A stretch of DNA of 62,139 nt, the filler included, from Sphacelaria rigidula (Eukaryota): the NCBI GenBank assembly GCA_964200075.2. It is 10 parts of 10 records of this genome, joined end to end, with 100 filler letters (N's around TTAATTAATTAA, not from the genome) between each part and the next. Parts side by side here need not be neighbours in the genome. Positions count along the whole stretch, not along the records: positions 6,225 to 12,348 come from CAXNAA020022079.1; positions 12,449 to 18,572 come from CAXNAA020022080.1; positions 18,673 to 24,796 come from CAXNAA020022081.1; 7 more parts are not named here. One strand, written 5' to 3'. Both the position numbers and the translations under genes were made by a program. Every line of letters starts with the position of its first letter. The stretch's first letter is position 1. Shown here piece after piece: positions 11,761 through 23,900 of this stretch. The notes under the pieces are model-generated. The model was not told where the DNA came from, made no database searches, and worked only from the letters and a program-made list of their open reading frames with translations.

Positions 11761-13158
11761 AATGACACTATAAATCATCAATCTATTCGTGAACTCCAAC
11801 CGCCAAGCCGCCGAATGCTTGCACACCTAGGGCAAGTCAAGGTTTGCACAATGCGCTCCGCACCAATCAGCCGTGAGCAAACATGAACATTTTATTAATT
11901 CCTGTTCCACTCATGAATCGGCACAGCGTGCATCCGATTCGTGCCGCACGAATCACAAAATACGAAAATGTGCCGGCGCGCACGATTCATGTATGTATAC
12001 GGTGAAATGTATGGATATGATTCGTGTCGCTCATAACGATACGCGGGCTGCGCTACGAATGCCACTAACCCTCTCACCGCCGACGGTAGGTCAGTTGATT
12101 TCAGTCTGACGTTCATTTTGAGATGAACATGATGCCCATTCCACTGTGGGCTTTTCCAAAATCGAGCTCCACTTTTTTTTTGTTCAATATATATATATCG
12201 GCTTCCCCCCCTTGTTGTATACCCCTTTTTAAGCTTTTTTCTTTATACTGTACAATGTACAATAGGCCCCATGGCACAACTATTCACGGTTAGGACAAAT
12301 AATGATTCGTCAGGAAATTACTTGGTTTTAGTATAATAAGTTGACTCGNNNNNNNNNNNNNNNNNNNNNNNNNNNNNNNNNNNNNNNNNNNNTTAATTAA
12401 TTAANNNNNNNNNNNNNNNNNNNNNNNNNNNNNNNNNNNNNNNNNNNNAGTTGCGAGATGGGATGAGCCACATTGGGGTTACGTGCTGAGGGTTTGTTGA
12501 AAATCACATGCAGCAGCACATAGCCTATGAAGGAAGAAACTCGCAGTTGAGAGGAATATGGCTGTATCGAGAACCCAACTATGAAAAAATAGCACTGCAT
12601 GTGCAGCACTTGGTGACGCTGCGACTGCCCCACCCACAAACAAGTGCACCGGAGACGGTCCATCAACGGGTGACATGGCGTGTGTTCATCATATATGTCG
12701 ATGTGGTAGTTTCAGGCCTGTGTGCTGGTTCGGGACAGGTGTTTTGGGCTTGCCATCGTTTTTGCGAAACGACATATGTTCCTCCAGACGCCGTTGGCGG
12801 CTGGTTTCGAAACCGGGTCAGCCACATAACCATAGGATATTTTTCTTAAACCTGCATCACCACGCGCTCGTCCGGCGATGGTCGCGCATACCAAGTTGTC
12901 GACGTATGTCCCATGTTGAAGTAATCAAGTAAATGAGAAGAGGGTAACAGCATAACGAACCTTAGAACGCGCAGAAATGTCGTTAGTGCATGGTAGCGTG
13001 CTGTGTATGTGCCCTGCTTCGTCGTTGTCGGGTAGTCATGCTGTCGACATCACACTATTGGAGAGGGGATTTCATTCACACAGCATTGCACGGGTGTGAC
13101 TTATCTAGATGTACACATCACCTGGGCAGCTGTAATGAAGCTCAAGTCATGATCGCAA

Positions 13159-16100
13159 TCACCGATGGTTCAGAAGCACCCGCTGAACTGCGCCCTCGTC
13201 GATCATGCCCTCAAGATCCGCTAAGGCTATCTCTCCTGACGTACCCCCGCTCCATTTTACCTTGTATGAGTACCGGCGAGATTTTGCGTCGAACTGTTGC
13301 CCCACAATCTCCCCCGCGAAATCTTTGGCCCCTTGCCAAGCTGGCCTCGCACGGCGTTGGCCCTCTATGTACACTGTCGGTGCGCGTACTTTCCTCTGTA
13401 GCAACGTTCCCTCGGGGTATATACCGCGCGCGAGGATGAAGGCCTGTGAAGGATTCAAGGGCATCAATACGGCATTGCTGCGGGTATTCTTGATCGCTGA
13501 CGTCTTCATCTTCCATATCGAAGGATTTTTCGTGCTCTGCTTCATTTATGCAGACATGGGCATCCCCAGGGCGGCGATGGTCGCGAGGGGGACGGCTCGC
13601 TGGTTATCGTTGCTCACGGTATCAGACGACACGTGGAACCGTGGCTCTCGTCTGTAACTCGCTATTGGATGTATACCGTGAATCCAAACCATGATGTCCC
13701 CAGGAGTGAACATACCGTCGGACGAGAACGCCCCCTCCCATGGGCATGGCAATCTTCGCGCGATCACAACAGGTACAAGGTCCCGGCCTCCGTTTTCGCT
13801 AGGATTAACGCGCATGAGCGCGGTAGAACCGTAAGCCAGGTGACACTGCATGCGTCGGAAAGTGTCTTCCAGTTCCAGCTCCCGTGTACTGACTGGCTCA
13901 TCCCGGTCTGTGCGCCGCGCCCATTCCACTGGTGCCGGAATCACTCCTTGCCGGATCAGTGGACGCATGTGCCCCTGGCCAGTGCGGCATCTGTGGCACC
14001 TTCTCCGAGAACAGGGAAGCAGTCAAGGTGGGTCGAGTGGTCCTCAGAGTCAGTAGGAGTCCTCCTGCTGTTTGTCTGTTGATAGCAAGTGGCGAGAGAC
14101 AGTTGCTATTCACGGATAGCAGCCCATGTGCTCTTTGTGCGGCGCCCGGTTGTGGTTGCTCTTCGCCTAATCTCATTTATTTATTAGTCGACACAATGTC
14201 CTACCTACTATTCATCACGTCATCTCAGGCAGAAACGTTTTGTAGCACATCGCCTACGCTTCTGTGGCTAGAGTCTCACCCGCAAGATAGCTGGTATGCT
14301 GCCACCATTCCCGGGGTGGACATTGCGGCGATCCGAGATTGCGACATGCAATCGGTCACGTGGATAGCCCGACGTGGCGATTGTGCAGATGGGCGTGTTG
14401 CCGCTACATCCGTTTCTCGGACGAACATCATCTTCCATCCGAGGAGTGTATTCTTCTGTTTTGTCAGCGCGAATGTTGTCGTTTCGTCGTTGGGGTCGTT
14501 CGCGCCCTGAGTTGCACATACACACGAGCAGACAACACGGAGTGTATGATTGGGATCAGTGCAATTTCATATAATGATGACACTGTCAATCAAATGGCGA
14601 GGCTTTGGGTCGTGCACGGCCTCTCACATCACCAATGCACGTGATACGCACGCGAGCGCTACCCCGCTGCGGACTCGTACTTCATGTGCAGAAATGCACG
14701 GCATTGTACCCTTTGCAGCAGGCGATGTGACAATGACACTCACCTTTCTGGTATTTGCCATCAGCAGCTGCCCATCACCTATCTTCCCGGAGAAGTCCTG
14801 CGCTGTAGTCTTGTCGACTTGTCGAAGCTCGAAGTCTAGCTCAGGCGCAAGTTTCTCGAAGAGATCGAAGGAGCTCAGGGTCCGCATTCGCCCTGTAAGG
14901 ACCTGATTCCTGGCGAATGTCTTCACCACGCCGCCTTCGCTGTCCGACACGCTCTTGCTGTGGCAGGCGGCAAAGTAGTGTGCGTCGATGTGGACACGGC
15001 TGCTCGGTTGGTCGATGACGTACACTTTACAGTCACCGATGTACCCGAATGACGTCGCACACTTGTACTGCTTCCCGCAATTGTCCTTCACAACAGTCAC
15101 ACGCGTCATGGGTGTGGCTCCGACTCTCTCAAGCATGGATGGTATTTCTGTCTGTAGTAGTCGGGTGAAGGTGTGTTGCACCCAGGCATTGTCTTGCGAT
15201 TCGTCGTCGCTCAGCACAACAAACGAGTATACCCATACCTTACCGTTGAGCTTGAAAAAAACTGGGACCGGAAACAGCGTTGTGGAATCGCGATTCCAGT
15301 GTTGGGATTGAACCTCATCCTGCTCGTCATGTGTATAGCGCTCTTGGAAGTCTGCCACCATCATCACGTGTCCATCTTCGAGAGTCGCGATCAACTCATT
15401 GATGGCCACACGCTGGAGCTGTTTTTGTCGTCGATGAGGGAATAGGCGTTCTGCAGTGGACCTCATATCCTTGAACAATTCAGTCACAGAACCACTCGTC
15501 CACACCACCGCCTGATTCGACTAAAGCAAGTTTACAGACAAATGGTATGTGGTAGAGACGATCGTGAGATGGGTTCCAGTACGTTCGTCTCGTAGGCCGG
15601 CGTCTGCAGGAAATGTGTACCTCACTTTATCATCGTTCACAGTAACCGCCACTAAGGAAGGGGTTGCAGCTACGCTTCTTCCGTGTTAATTTTCGCGCTA
15701 ATTCATGTCGATATTCACGTATGATGTCGTCATTCCCGGTTTCGAAGACTGGCCTCAGGGGGGTAAGCTGGGCGAGCGGAAACGTATTGAATGGCTACAG
15801 GCTTGGATGTCGTTGATAAATGCGGTGTATGTGGTGATTTTGTGTCGGACTATGCACTGCGTTTGTTTTCCTTATTCTCAGTGGTGAAACTCGCGAGATA
15901 CTACGCGAGTGGGAATACGTATATTTGGTGACACCAACATGCATTATCGACAGAGTCTGGATGCGATGAACGTTGATCTACATAGTGAATTTGTTCATGC
16001 GGGCAATTCTCGACAGATACCAAGGAAACGAATGTTGCTTGAACTATTGGGGGTGGTGACGATCGTTTCCCTCGACGGGTGGCCGTCTCGAGCATTGGCG

Positions 16101-18531
16101 CGTGTGGCAAGATTTGGAGTGGTCGCTTTTGAAGGTCTGCGATTGATCCATCCCAACGGCTGCGTACCAGCGGTTCACACATTGTGATGACACCATCGTA
16201 TGTGGAATCCTACTACGAAAGGGGGGTGGGGGTTGATGGCATGACAGAACAGTCTCATGTTTGTGACTGACGACCTGCAACACTCGCGGTGCGCTTGTAT
16301 TCGACTTAAAGCGGTGTATATGGATGTGTGCATGTGCGTTGATCAGAAATGATGAGGTCAATAATCTAAAAACCGTTGCTGCTGTTGAGCACGGTTCGAC
16401 TTTTGTTTTTGTGAAGCAGGAAGACGCCCAAGAACCCCCCTCCCCCCCTTCTCTATCGTAAGATGACTCTTTCCATCTGGATCACATTGACGTAAAACAC
16501 ACCTTTCGAGATTGTGTTTACGTCCCCGTTCCTTGAGGCTCTCATGACTCATCGCCGTCGTTGTCATCGTTGGCTCGGGGACGTCTGCCCTGCCGTTGCG
16601 GTCGCCGAATCTCGTGCCCCTTCTCATGCACAGGGACGAACGCCTCCAATTTCATTTCTGATCTTCGAACGATGTCCGGTATACTCTCCACATCTTCCGC
16701 AGACTGTCGATGACGAGAGCAGTCGAAGAAGCGCCGTTGACGTTTGTCGCATTCTCCGCATGATCCCATTATACATGCGTTCAGGTGTGCTGTGACCTCC
16801 CTCCCTCCCGTGGTCTTGTACAGCTTCACCTTCTCACAGAGGAGCTTGTCGCAGAGCTCTCCCATGCTGTGGACGTCTTTAACGCTCATGGTTGGCAGAA
16901 AACTCTACATCCGCCGTTGGCGTAAAGGTCACACCGGCATGTGCATGGCGACCCAGCAGTCTCGCTGCAGTGAAGTCGTGGCCACATTCGCGCGAGCGAT
17001 CACATGATCAGCTTACCCTTGTAGCAATGTGGGCACAGGCAGCATCTCGCAGTCTGTTTGACTACATTGAATGGCATCAACTCCGCGAAGGTAGATCTTG
17101 ATATGTGACCAGTCTCTACTTTTCCCTCCCGGAACTATGTGGTCATCGCGGAGGCGGCAGCGCGGGACAGTAACAGATGTTTTACATGAGGTCCACGGTG
17201 GGAGGGTTGGTCTAACACGGTATGACACTCCTTCCACGCGGGTTAGCATGTGATGGACTCGCATGTCGGGTGTCACATGCTGCTGCATCAACTCTGTTAC
17301 ACTTTGTTACGTAAACTCGTCCATGCGTTGTGGACATAGGGCGTCCTATCCTCGTTCACTAGTGGAGTGTCGACACTAAGCTGCATTCTCATACGCTCCG
17401 GAGCGAACAACGACGTCATATTTGATATCGGGCGGTGACGTCGAATGTTACAAGTATGCTGCACTGTATATGTTCTACGTGATCAATATGTCGAGCTTAC
17501 CGCCTTTTGTAGGGAATTGTTAACTTTCTCGTGTAGGTCCGTCTCGGAGCCCAGCAGAAACCGCACACCCAACGTAGGGCATCTGTCGGGTTGGAGGCAT
17601 TGGAGGCACCGGTCTACAGGGGGTCGGCGATGCCGTCCTGCACTGAAGTCGTGTTTCGTCTTCGTGTCACAGGGAGATGGTTGCGTGTTATCGTCGATGA
17701 CGTCGGCTATCATCGCTGTTGCCTTGGGAGTCTGGATGTCGAAGCAGTCACAACGTCTGCGCCGTTTCCCCGTCCTGTCGCGAATGAAGGGGGTCTTTTG
17801 AGAAGGTCTATATACGATTGACAGTGAGAGGAACAATGTCATTGGCATGATACCGAAATACAGCCGATTTATCTATTGACGAACGCGTACATGTCATGGG
17901 TGGCTGTCGCTTGCTATTGTGGTGTCGACCCCTTTCCACACACTCGCCACTGTTTCCGTACGCGATATCGGATGGCGCTAGTGTATATATTTCGTACTTG
18001 CACTTACAATTCAGCGGCGTCTCCGGCAGTCAGTGCTCGTTTTCTTCTGGTTAAACAATCTCCCATAAAAGGTTTCTGTAGTGACCCGATTGCTTGGGTG
18101 AGGGCTTCGTGTGATACTCCACTCGCCGATATTGCTGCGCCGAGTACTCGACGAGCACGTGACCCTGCCTTCGAGGCTACAATGGCGGGAGTAGATAGCC
18201 ATTGGTTCATCTCCTTGATGACCTCGACGATCGCCACCATATCTTCATTTGATGGCCCATCGGCATGGACTACACCCTTCTTGCGAAATTGTTTAAAGTA
18301 TCTGTGGTCGATGAGCATCTTGATAACCCTATCTCGGATGGCATCATCCTCCTCTGATTCGCCATCCTCACTCCTTTCACGTAGGGTCGTTACGGCGTTG
18401 TCGATAGGTTCGAAGATTTTTCGCTGTATAGCATCGGATCTAGAATGTCTCCGTGTTGGTGCGGCTGATGACGCAGGCTTTATACTGCATATATCTCTCA
18501 TCCTACGATAGGGGGGGGTATTTTGGGCCAT
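13159..18531 (-). mobile_element. Decayed intron-containing Sola2-like DDD transposase gene
   Basis: Exons approx. 18531-18004, 17800-17520, 17130-16503, 15511-14744, 14506-14280, 13999-13159; the last four join in phase via GT-AG. Motifs: ISRSTFAELMPFNV..CLC, LLC..CIMGSCGEC, ADFQERY..QDEVQSQHW..TLFP, SDD..QD, DNCGKQYK, YFAACHSKSVSDSEGGVVK, SCGCHRC. In-frame stops (13546, 16542, ~16520) and a frameshift near 16905. The Sola2 assignment is from recalled motif patterns. Confidence 0.8.
14744..15511 (-). pseudogene. Catalytic-core exon of the Sola2-like transposase
   Basis: Stop-free exon with acceptor AATCAG at 15512 and donor GTGAGT at 14743; contains the three acidic motifs (ADFQE, DNCGKQYK, SVSDSEGG). 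Confidence 0.85.
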
Positions 18532-20785
18532 TTGTTGCTCGAAATTTCGAGTCAGATCGTCGTTGAAAGCAGNNNNNNNNNNNNNNNNNNNNNNNNNNNN
18601 NNNNNNNNNNNNNNNNTTAATTAATTAANNNNNNNNNNNNNNNNNNNNNNNNNNNNNNNNNNNNNNNNNNNNCAAATGAGCATCGATCCGTATTGGGCAC
18701 ACTCTGGATGATGTTATTCTACGCGGTACCTATCTTGGTATCGCCTGTAGAGGTAATCACTTCAGGAGGCACGGTCTTGCAAGCACTGTCAGTGCTTTAC
18801 TCGCAAGTCATATCATGTACATGTATCATTTCACATTTTTCACTGCTTTTGCCGAGTTTTCTCTACCGGCAAGGCATTTTTTCCCATGCCTTCTTTTGCA
18901 GTGCACTGAAAAGGCTCAGTGGTACCTTACCGTTCAGGTTTGGGCGTCATCTGATACCTGTGGCGCGTGTTCCAGCCACCGAAAGCCGCTCAACCTGGCC
19001 CTTTTTGCGGGGTGTCGATCCCGAACCACAAAAGCCTCTTCAAGATCGTGGAAAGCTTGACAAAATCTATTTTCGAAGTGCGTCACCCCCGGGAGGCCCG
19101 TACCAACCTTCCGGAGGTGAACCCTGTATATAGTATTTCTTCGTTATAAACTATTCATGATAAAACTAATACATTAATACTCAGTAACAACAACTGGCAC
19201 GGTTGTCTGCAACATAGGAGTTACGTGCCGATTCGTACATTCCGCTGTTCGTTTCGCTCGAAAAAGCTGAGCTTTCCTGTTTTTGATCATGCCCGTCGCG
19301 CGCAACTAATTATTCAATGGACTCGAAGCGATCTGAGAATACGAATGCCGTGGACGTATCTGATACGGCCTCGTAGCGACCAATTCGATTCGACCGCATG
19401 TTTTCGAGTCGAATTGTTTTCGATAAGACGCGGCCTGATTGAAATCTGATGCCACGGCATCGATTTGTTTCATACTGCTCCACAAGTCAGTCATTCGCTC
19501 GAAGAGAGAGGTAGCAGGTACTTGTGATGTCGACGTAATATGTCTTCCTCTTTACGTCCCCTCATATAATGCGTTGCCGTGTCACCACTTTGTTTGTTGA
19601 TGCCACATAACATGTGCAGTGATGCCGAGTTGGCGGCTCGCCGGGTTCACAATAACGCGGACCGCCGGGTGTAGTGGTAGTAGTATATCTGCTACATCAC
19701 TTCGAGGTGTCGTGGGTATGTCCTACATCATGTTCAGAACGCTCTCCATGCAATTGGCAATTGGGGTTTGGTGTTCGGCACTTCCGCATCAAGCATCCCA
19801 CCATAACTAAGTCACAGTTCTTCATTTCTGCGTTTTACTCATTCGACTGACCAACTGTCGACCGACCCGCTGTCGTCGATAGATGAAAACTGCAGAACAA
19901 CTAGATACCAACGAAGTTTGTGGTACCCGTGCTGCTGTAGACCGCAAACTTTAATCGTACAGTCTAATTATATAAAGTGTTTCTTTGTTACAAAATCCAC
20001 ATAATAAAACTTATATGAAAATACTAGGTAATGACAAGCGGTACACCACCTCCAGATGAACTGGGCAACAGGTGCTCTCGTAACCATTTCCAGTTTAATT
20101 CCAGTTACAATAAAGATATACAGTATAAACTTGAATAGTTCCCAGCCCATTTAATGCATGTGTTCGCTGGACTTCCCGCAGGAGTTGACATCCAACACAC
20201 ATTGGGAACGGGGCGCTAGAAGGGGATCTCCCACCTTCTTTGTGTCAACACAATACAGCACACTCCTATATGCTGTACTCGCTTGCATAGAATGCCACAG
20301 TTACTGACAGGTCGGTGGTTATACCACTGTAAGGTCATCGAGGAGTAACCTGATTACCGAAATCAATCTATTATCCCACTTTCTTCCTTTCCACGTACTT
20401 GACATCGTTGCTTTCAACACCCGTTCGTCACTCATTCGCTAATAGTACAACTATGGTTCCTCCCGTACTTTCCTCGCTAAACTTCCCGCAACCACCCCTT
20501 TGCCCTTCTCCCGCTTCGTTCAACATCGGCAGGTGCTTCGTGTGCACTATCCATGAGTCTGTATCCCAAGAGACGAAACCAGTCCCGAAGGGCACCAGGA
20601 AATAGGTCCCTTCCTCTGCCTTGCATGTGGCGTGGACATCGGGGTCAGCACTCCGTACCACCGAGCTCCTGTCGGATTTCCAACTGCACTTGTTGCAGGA
20701 GAAAGAGGCGTTTACCTCGAGAAAAGACAACTCCACACCTCGGAAAGTACCACGAGTCAATACTTATTCCCCCTCCTCCCGGAGG

Positions 20786-20975
20786 AGGACGGGGATAAGA
20801 TATGTAAGAGGTTCTTGTGTAATGTATGGAAGAAACGTAATGAGCTACGGAAGGAACGTAATGAGTGCCCAAATGTTAGAGGTGCCTGTCTTGAGAGTAA
20901 GAAGGGTGCTTCGTCTCGAAGGGGGTGCGTGGTCAATAGTCAAACGACTAGGGCAGGGAACAGATGGGTACGCCC
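20786..20975 (+). mobile_element. Poly(C)-ended non-LTR retroelement, subfamily B (3' end of an ORF2-like frame); other copies at 24273-24375(-), 24376-24573(+), 24632-24760(+), ~26515-26537(-), 31227-31420(+), 33087-33158(+), 33590-33765(+), 37055-37162(-), 37188-37244(-), 42080-42159(-), 43398-43468(+)
   Basis: Pooled copies translate as SFDALDSREKTMAILGDRWWPQTAKQDGDKICKRFLCNVWKKRNERPNVGGVSIRSRNGAPSRKGCVVNGQTTKASNK-stop. The TGA is followed directly by GTACG and poly(C). Common 3' end, variable 5' truncation. Confidence 0.85.
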
Positions 20976-23900
20976 TTCCCCCCCGACAGTCTTGACTCTC
21001 CTTTTGAGGCGTATCACTTCGGAAGTGCTATGTAGAATAAACGCCGGCTGTTGCTCCCCGAAACCTGTGTAGTCAAAAACCGATATTACATGCATATTCT
21101 GAACCGAAGCTCTCAGCCACCGCGGGTCGATCTTAATGCACCCTCAGCCGCGTGCAAGGATCGCGTGCTGCTTCCTGGCACCTCCAAATCACAGTTATTT
21201 CAAAAGGAAAAAAAAAACGAACACCATTCGGTCAATTAGTGACTGCTGAATACTGTCTATCCGGACTCTACACGTGGTACCCCCATCATAGTTTTTTGTT
21301 GTTTGACTCACTTGCGTCAAAGCATTCGTATCATGTCCTGTCAGGAAGGATTCACCGATGTACAGCACTCTTGAGGCTCCGCTCCCCGGCGGCCGAACAT
21401 TCACACAATCCGGTGGATTCCGTGGTTTTGACTGCTAGCAGTACACAACTTGACGAACTGCACAGTTTCCAATCCTGGCAATCGTAGTAGACAATCGACA
21501 GACAAGCTCAGGAATTCCTGTGGTTTCCATTTTCTGAGATCGTGAGAAAGGGAGCTAGCAAAACGCGAGGGAAAATAATCGGCGGAAGTCGACTGACTGG
21601 GGGACTGCTGACCCACCGCTCGATCCTTGATACCTTATACACTTGATGCAAGGTGCAGAGTGAGGGAGACATGACTTGATATCTTGAAACAACGTACTCG
21701 CCCTGCCAACTTAGAGGTCCTATCTTGGTGTGCCGTACGCTTTTATATGCATGACTCGCTTGTGATTTGTTCTCCCCTCTCCGCCGCAAGTTTTGGCAGC
21801 GTTGTAGTGCATCACACACACGCGCGCGCGCGCGCATCTGTCAGCACGTGATCGCATCACTTGGACGGCTGATACACGCGTGTGCTTCACCAGTACCATC
21901 ACGCCGCGCATGATGTACTTCCTGTGTCCCCTCTCTGTGGCGTGTGATGCGCTCACCATTCTGTACTCGTTCATCGCACGCGGTGCAGCTGTTATGGCGT
22001 AAGCAACGAACTCTGCCGCATTTTTTCTCGTTTCGGGCAATTTCATTGTATGTACGTTTGGTGCCAGAACATTATTGTCATTTGTGAGCGTATACATTAT
22101 CTCACTCGAGATTAGAGTACTGCTGTCGAGAACGGTAATATGTTTTGATTCGTTATTCGATTGCACATCTCGTCAAGTACAACGTGGGATCGCGCGCGGT
22201 TTCTTTTGTTGTGCGGGCCACGACCTACTTGCTACTGCATGACTCTAGCCTGCCGACGGCGATGTCGGCTAACGGGCAAAAAAAGCGAATAGTATGTTTC
22301 TGTTTTGATGACATGCACCGTTCCAGGGGTAGCCACTGAAATCCTCGACCGGCAGTGTGACGTAGACTAGCTCTCGGCAGGTGCCTGTTGACGGGCACCA
22401 CTAGAATGCTCCGCTTTCTCAAGAAACATGCTCAATATTTTCCCCGCCTGGTCCGGAGGCAAACGCAAGCAATTTCGCAATAATGGGTAATGGCAGAGGA
22501 ACCAAGAATAAGGGCATTCGGTTGTGGTCGCTGTGACACTGTTTGGGCTACCGACCACCCCCATGGTTTTTGCGCGGCATTCCCGGCTGAAGCCATGCGG
22601 CAAAGGCCTCTTCGGTTTTTCCCTGGGGACACGAATTAGATCTTAGCCCGACACATGTTTTTTCTTCTGCTTTGCTTTATTTTATTCTTTATTCTAAGCG
22701 TATTCTCTTATATTGACCCCTTCCTTTCTTCAGTTCCTTTCTCCTCGAGGTTTTGCCAACTGCGAGTGTTCCCGTGTATTCACTTCGGGCGCACTGCGCA
22801 CCTTGGGAACTTCTATCTCGTGGCCACGACTCGAATCGTTGCAGAACAGTTTACCTCTGCCGATCAATCAATCAATCGAGTCAAGTCGTATATTTATGAG
22901 CGGTGACGACAAACTAGCGATTTGGTGCTCATTCTCACACAAGGCACAGTACGCCATATCTGATCAACAATTCGATCATACGGGTACCCTAGAAAATACG
23001 AAGTTCGACTTCCTCCCCTCAGCACGGCCCAAGCATCTGTCGATCGGACATGGAACGGGCGGCACCAGCTGCATCTGTGTTGAACATCTACTATTTTTCA
23101 TGAGCACTAAATTGTTCTGCTGCGTGTGCTTCCAACTCTTCGGCAGGATATTCGGGAGCGCGAATTCTATGACCGGATGGTGAGACATCTTATGACAAGG
23201 ATCATGTTCCACGAAACCAGGGAGATTTTCACCTCCAGTATTTTCTGCCGACATACCACCCGACCCTGGGGTCACAAAAAAGGCCCGGTGAGAATTGAAC
23301 ACACATGCACCTTGGAAGTGAAAACGAACCGGTTTGGTGTGTCAGGTTATACCATGAGAAAATCCAGCAAAGTAAAGGATGACAAATATATATATATATA
23401 TAGTGGCAGCGTATAGCACGTGCATGACAGATGTCGAGGGGAGAGGGCAGTAACGACGTATTTGGGATATTTTGCCATGCCCAACGTTCACAAAATTCGA
23501 AGAAAAATAACGATTTCCGTACGCCACCGAAGGCTAGAGGTACAGGTCGTTCGCCACGCATACTTGGTGAGGCAATACTATCGAGCAGGCAAAACGATGA
23601 TTTCTAAATGATTTCTAAATGGATGACAACACACACACACAGGCTAAACGATGATTTCAAGTTACCAGAAAATTTTGTTGCTGTATTTTCGACCGGAGTG
23701 GTATTAATTAGCTGCAAATCCTTGAAAGACCACCGAGATTATCCTGGAGTAAACTCAAGTATTACTTCGGAGCCTTGATTCTTATGTCTATCGGTGCTGT
23801 CTGCCTGGCCTCGTGTCGGCGTGCATCTAGTACGGGGTGGTGCTCAGGGAGGATTAATGTTTTCTGCTGGGTCGACTATTGATTCCACCTTCCGAATCAA

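Noticed and set aside
12449..18572. Fanzor/TnpB cargo in the Sola-like element
   Set aside because: No RuvC motifs (DPG, E..TS..C, RD.NAA.N) were seen in the frames I read.
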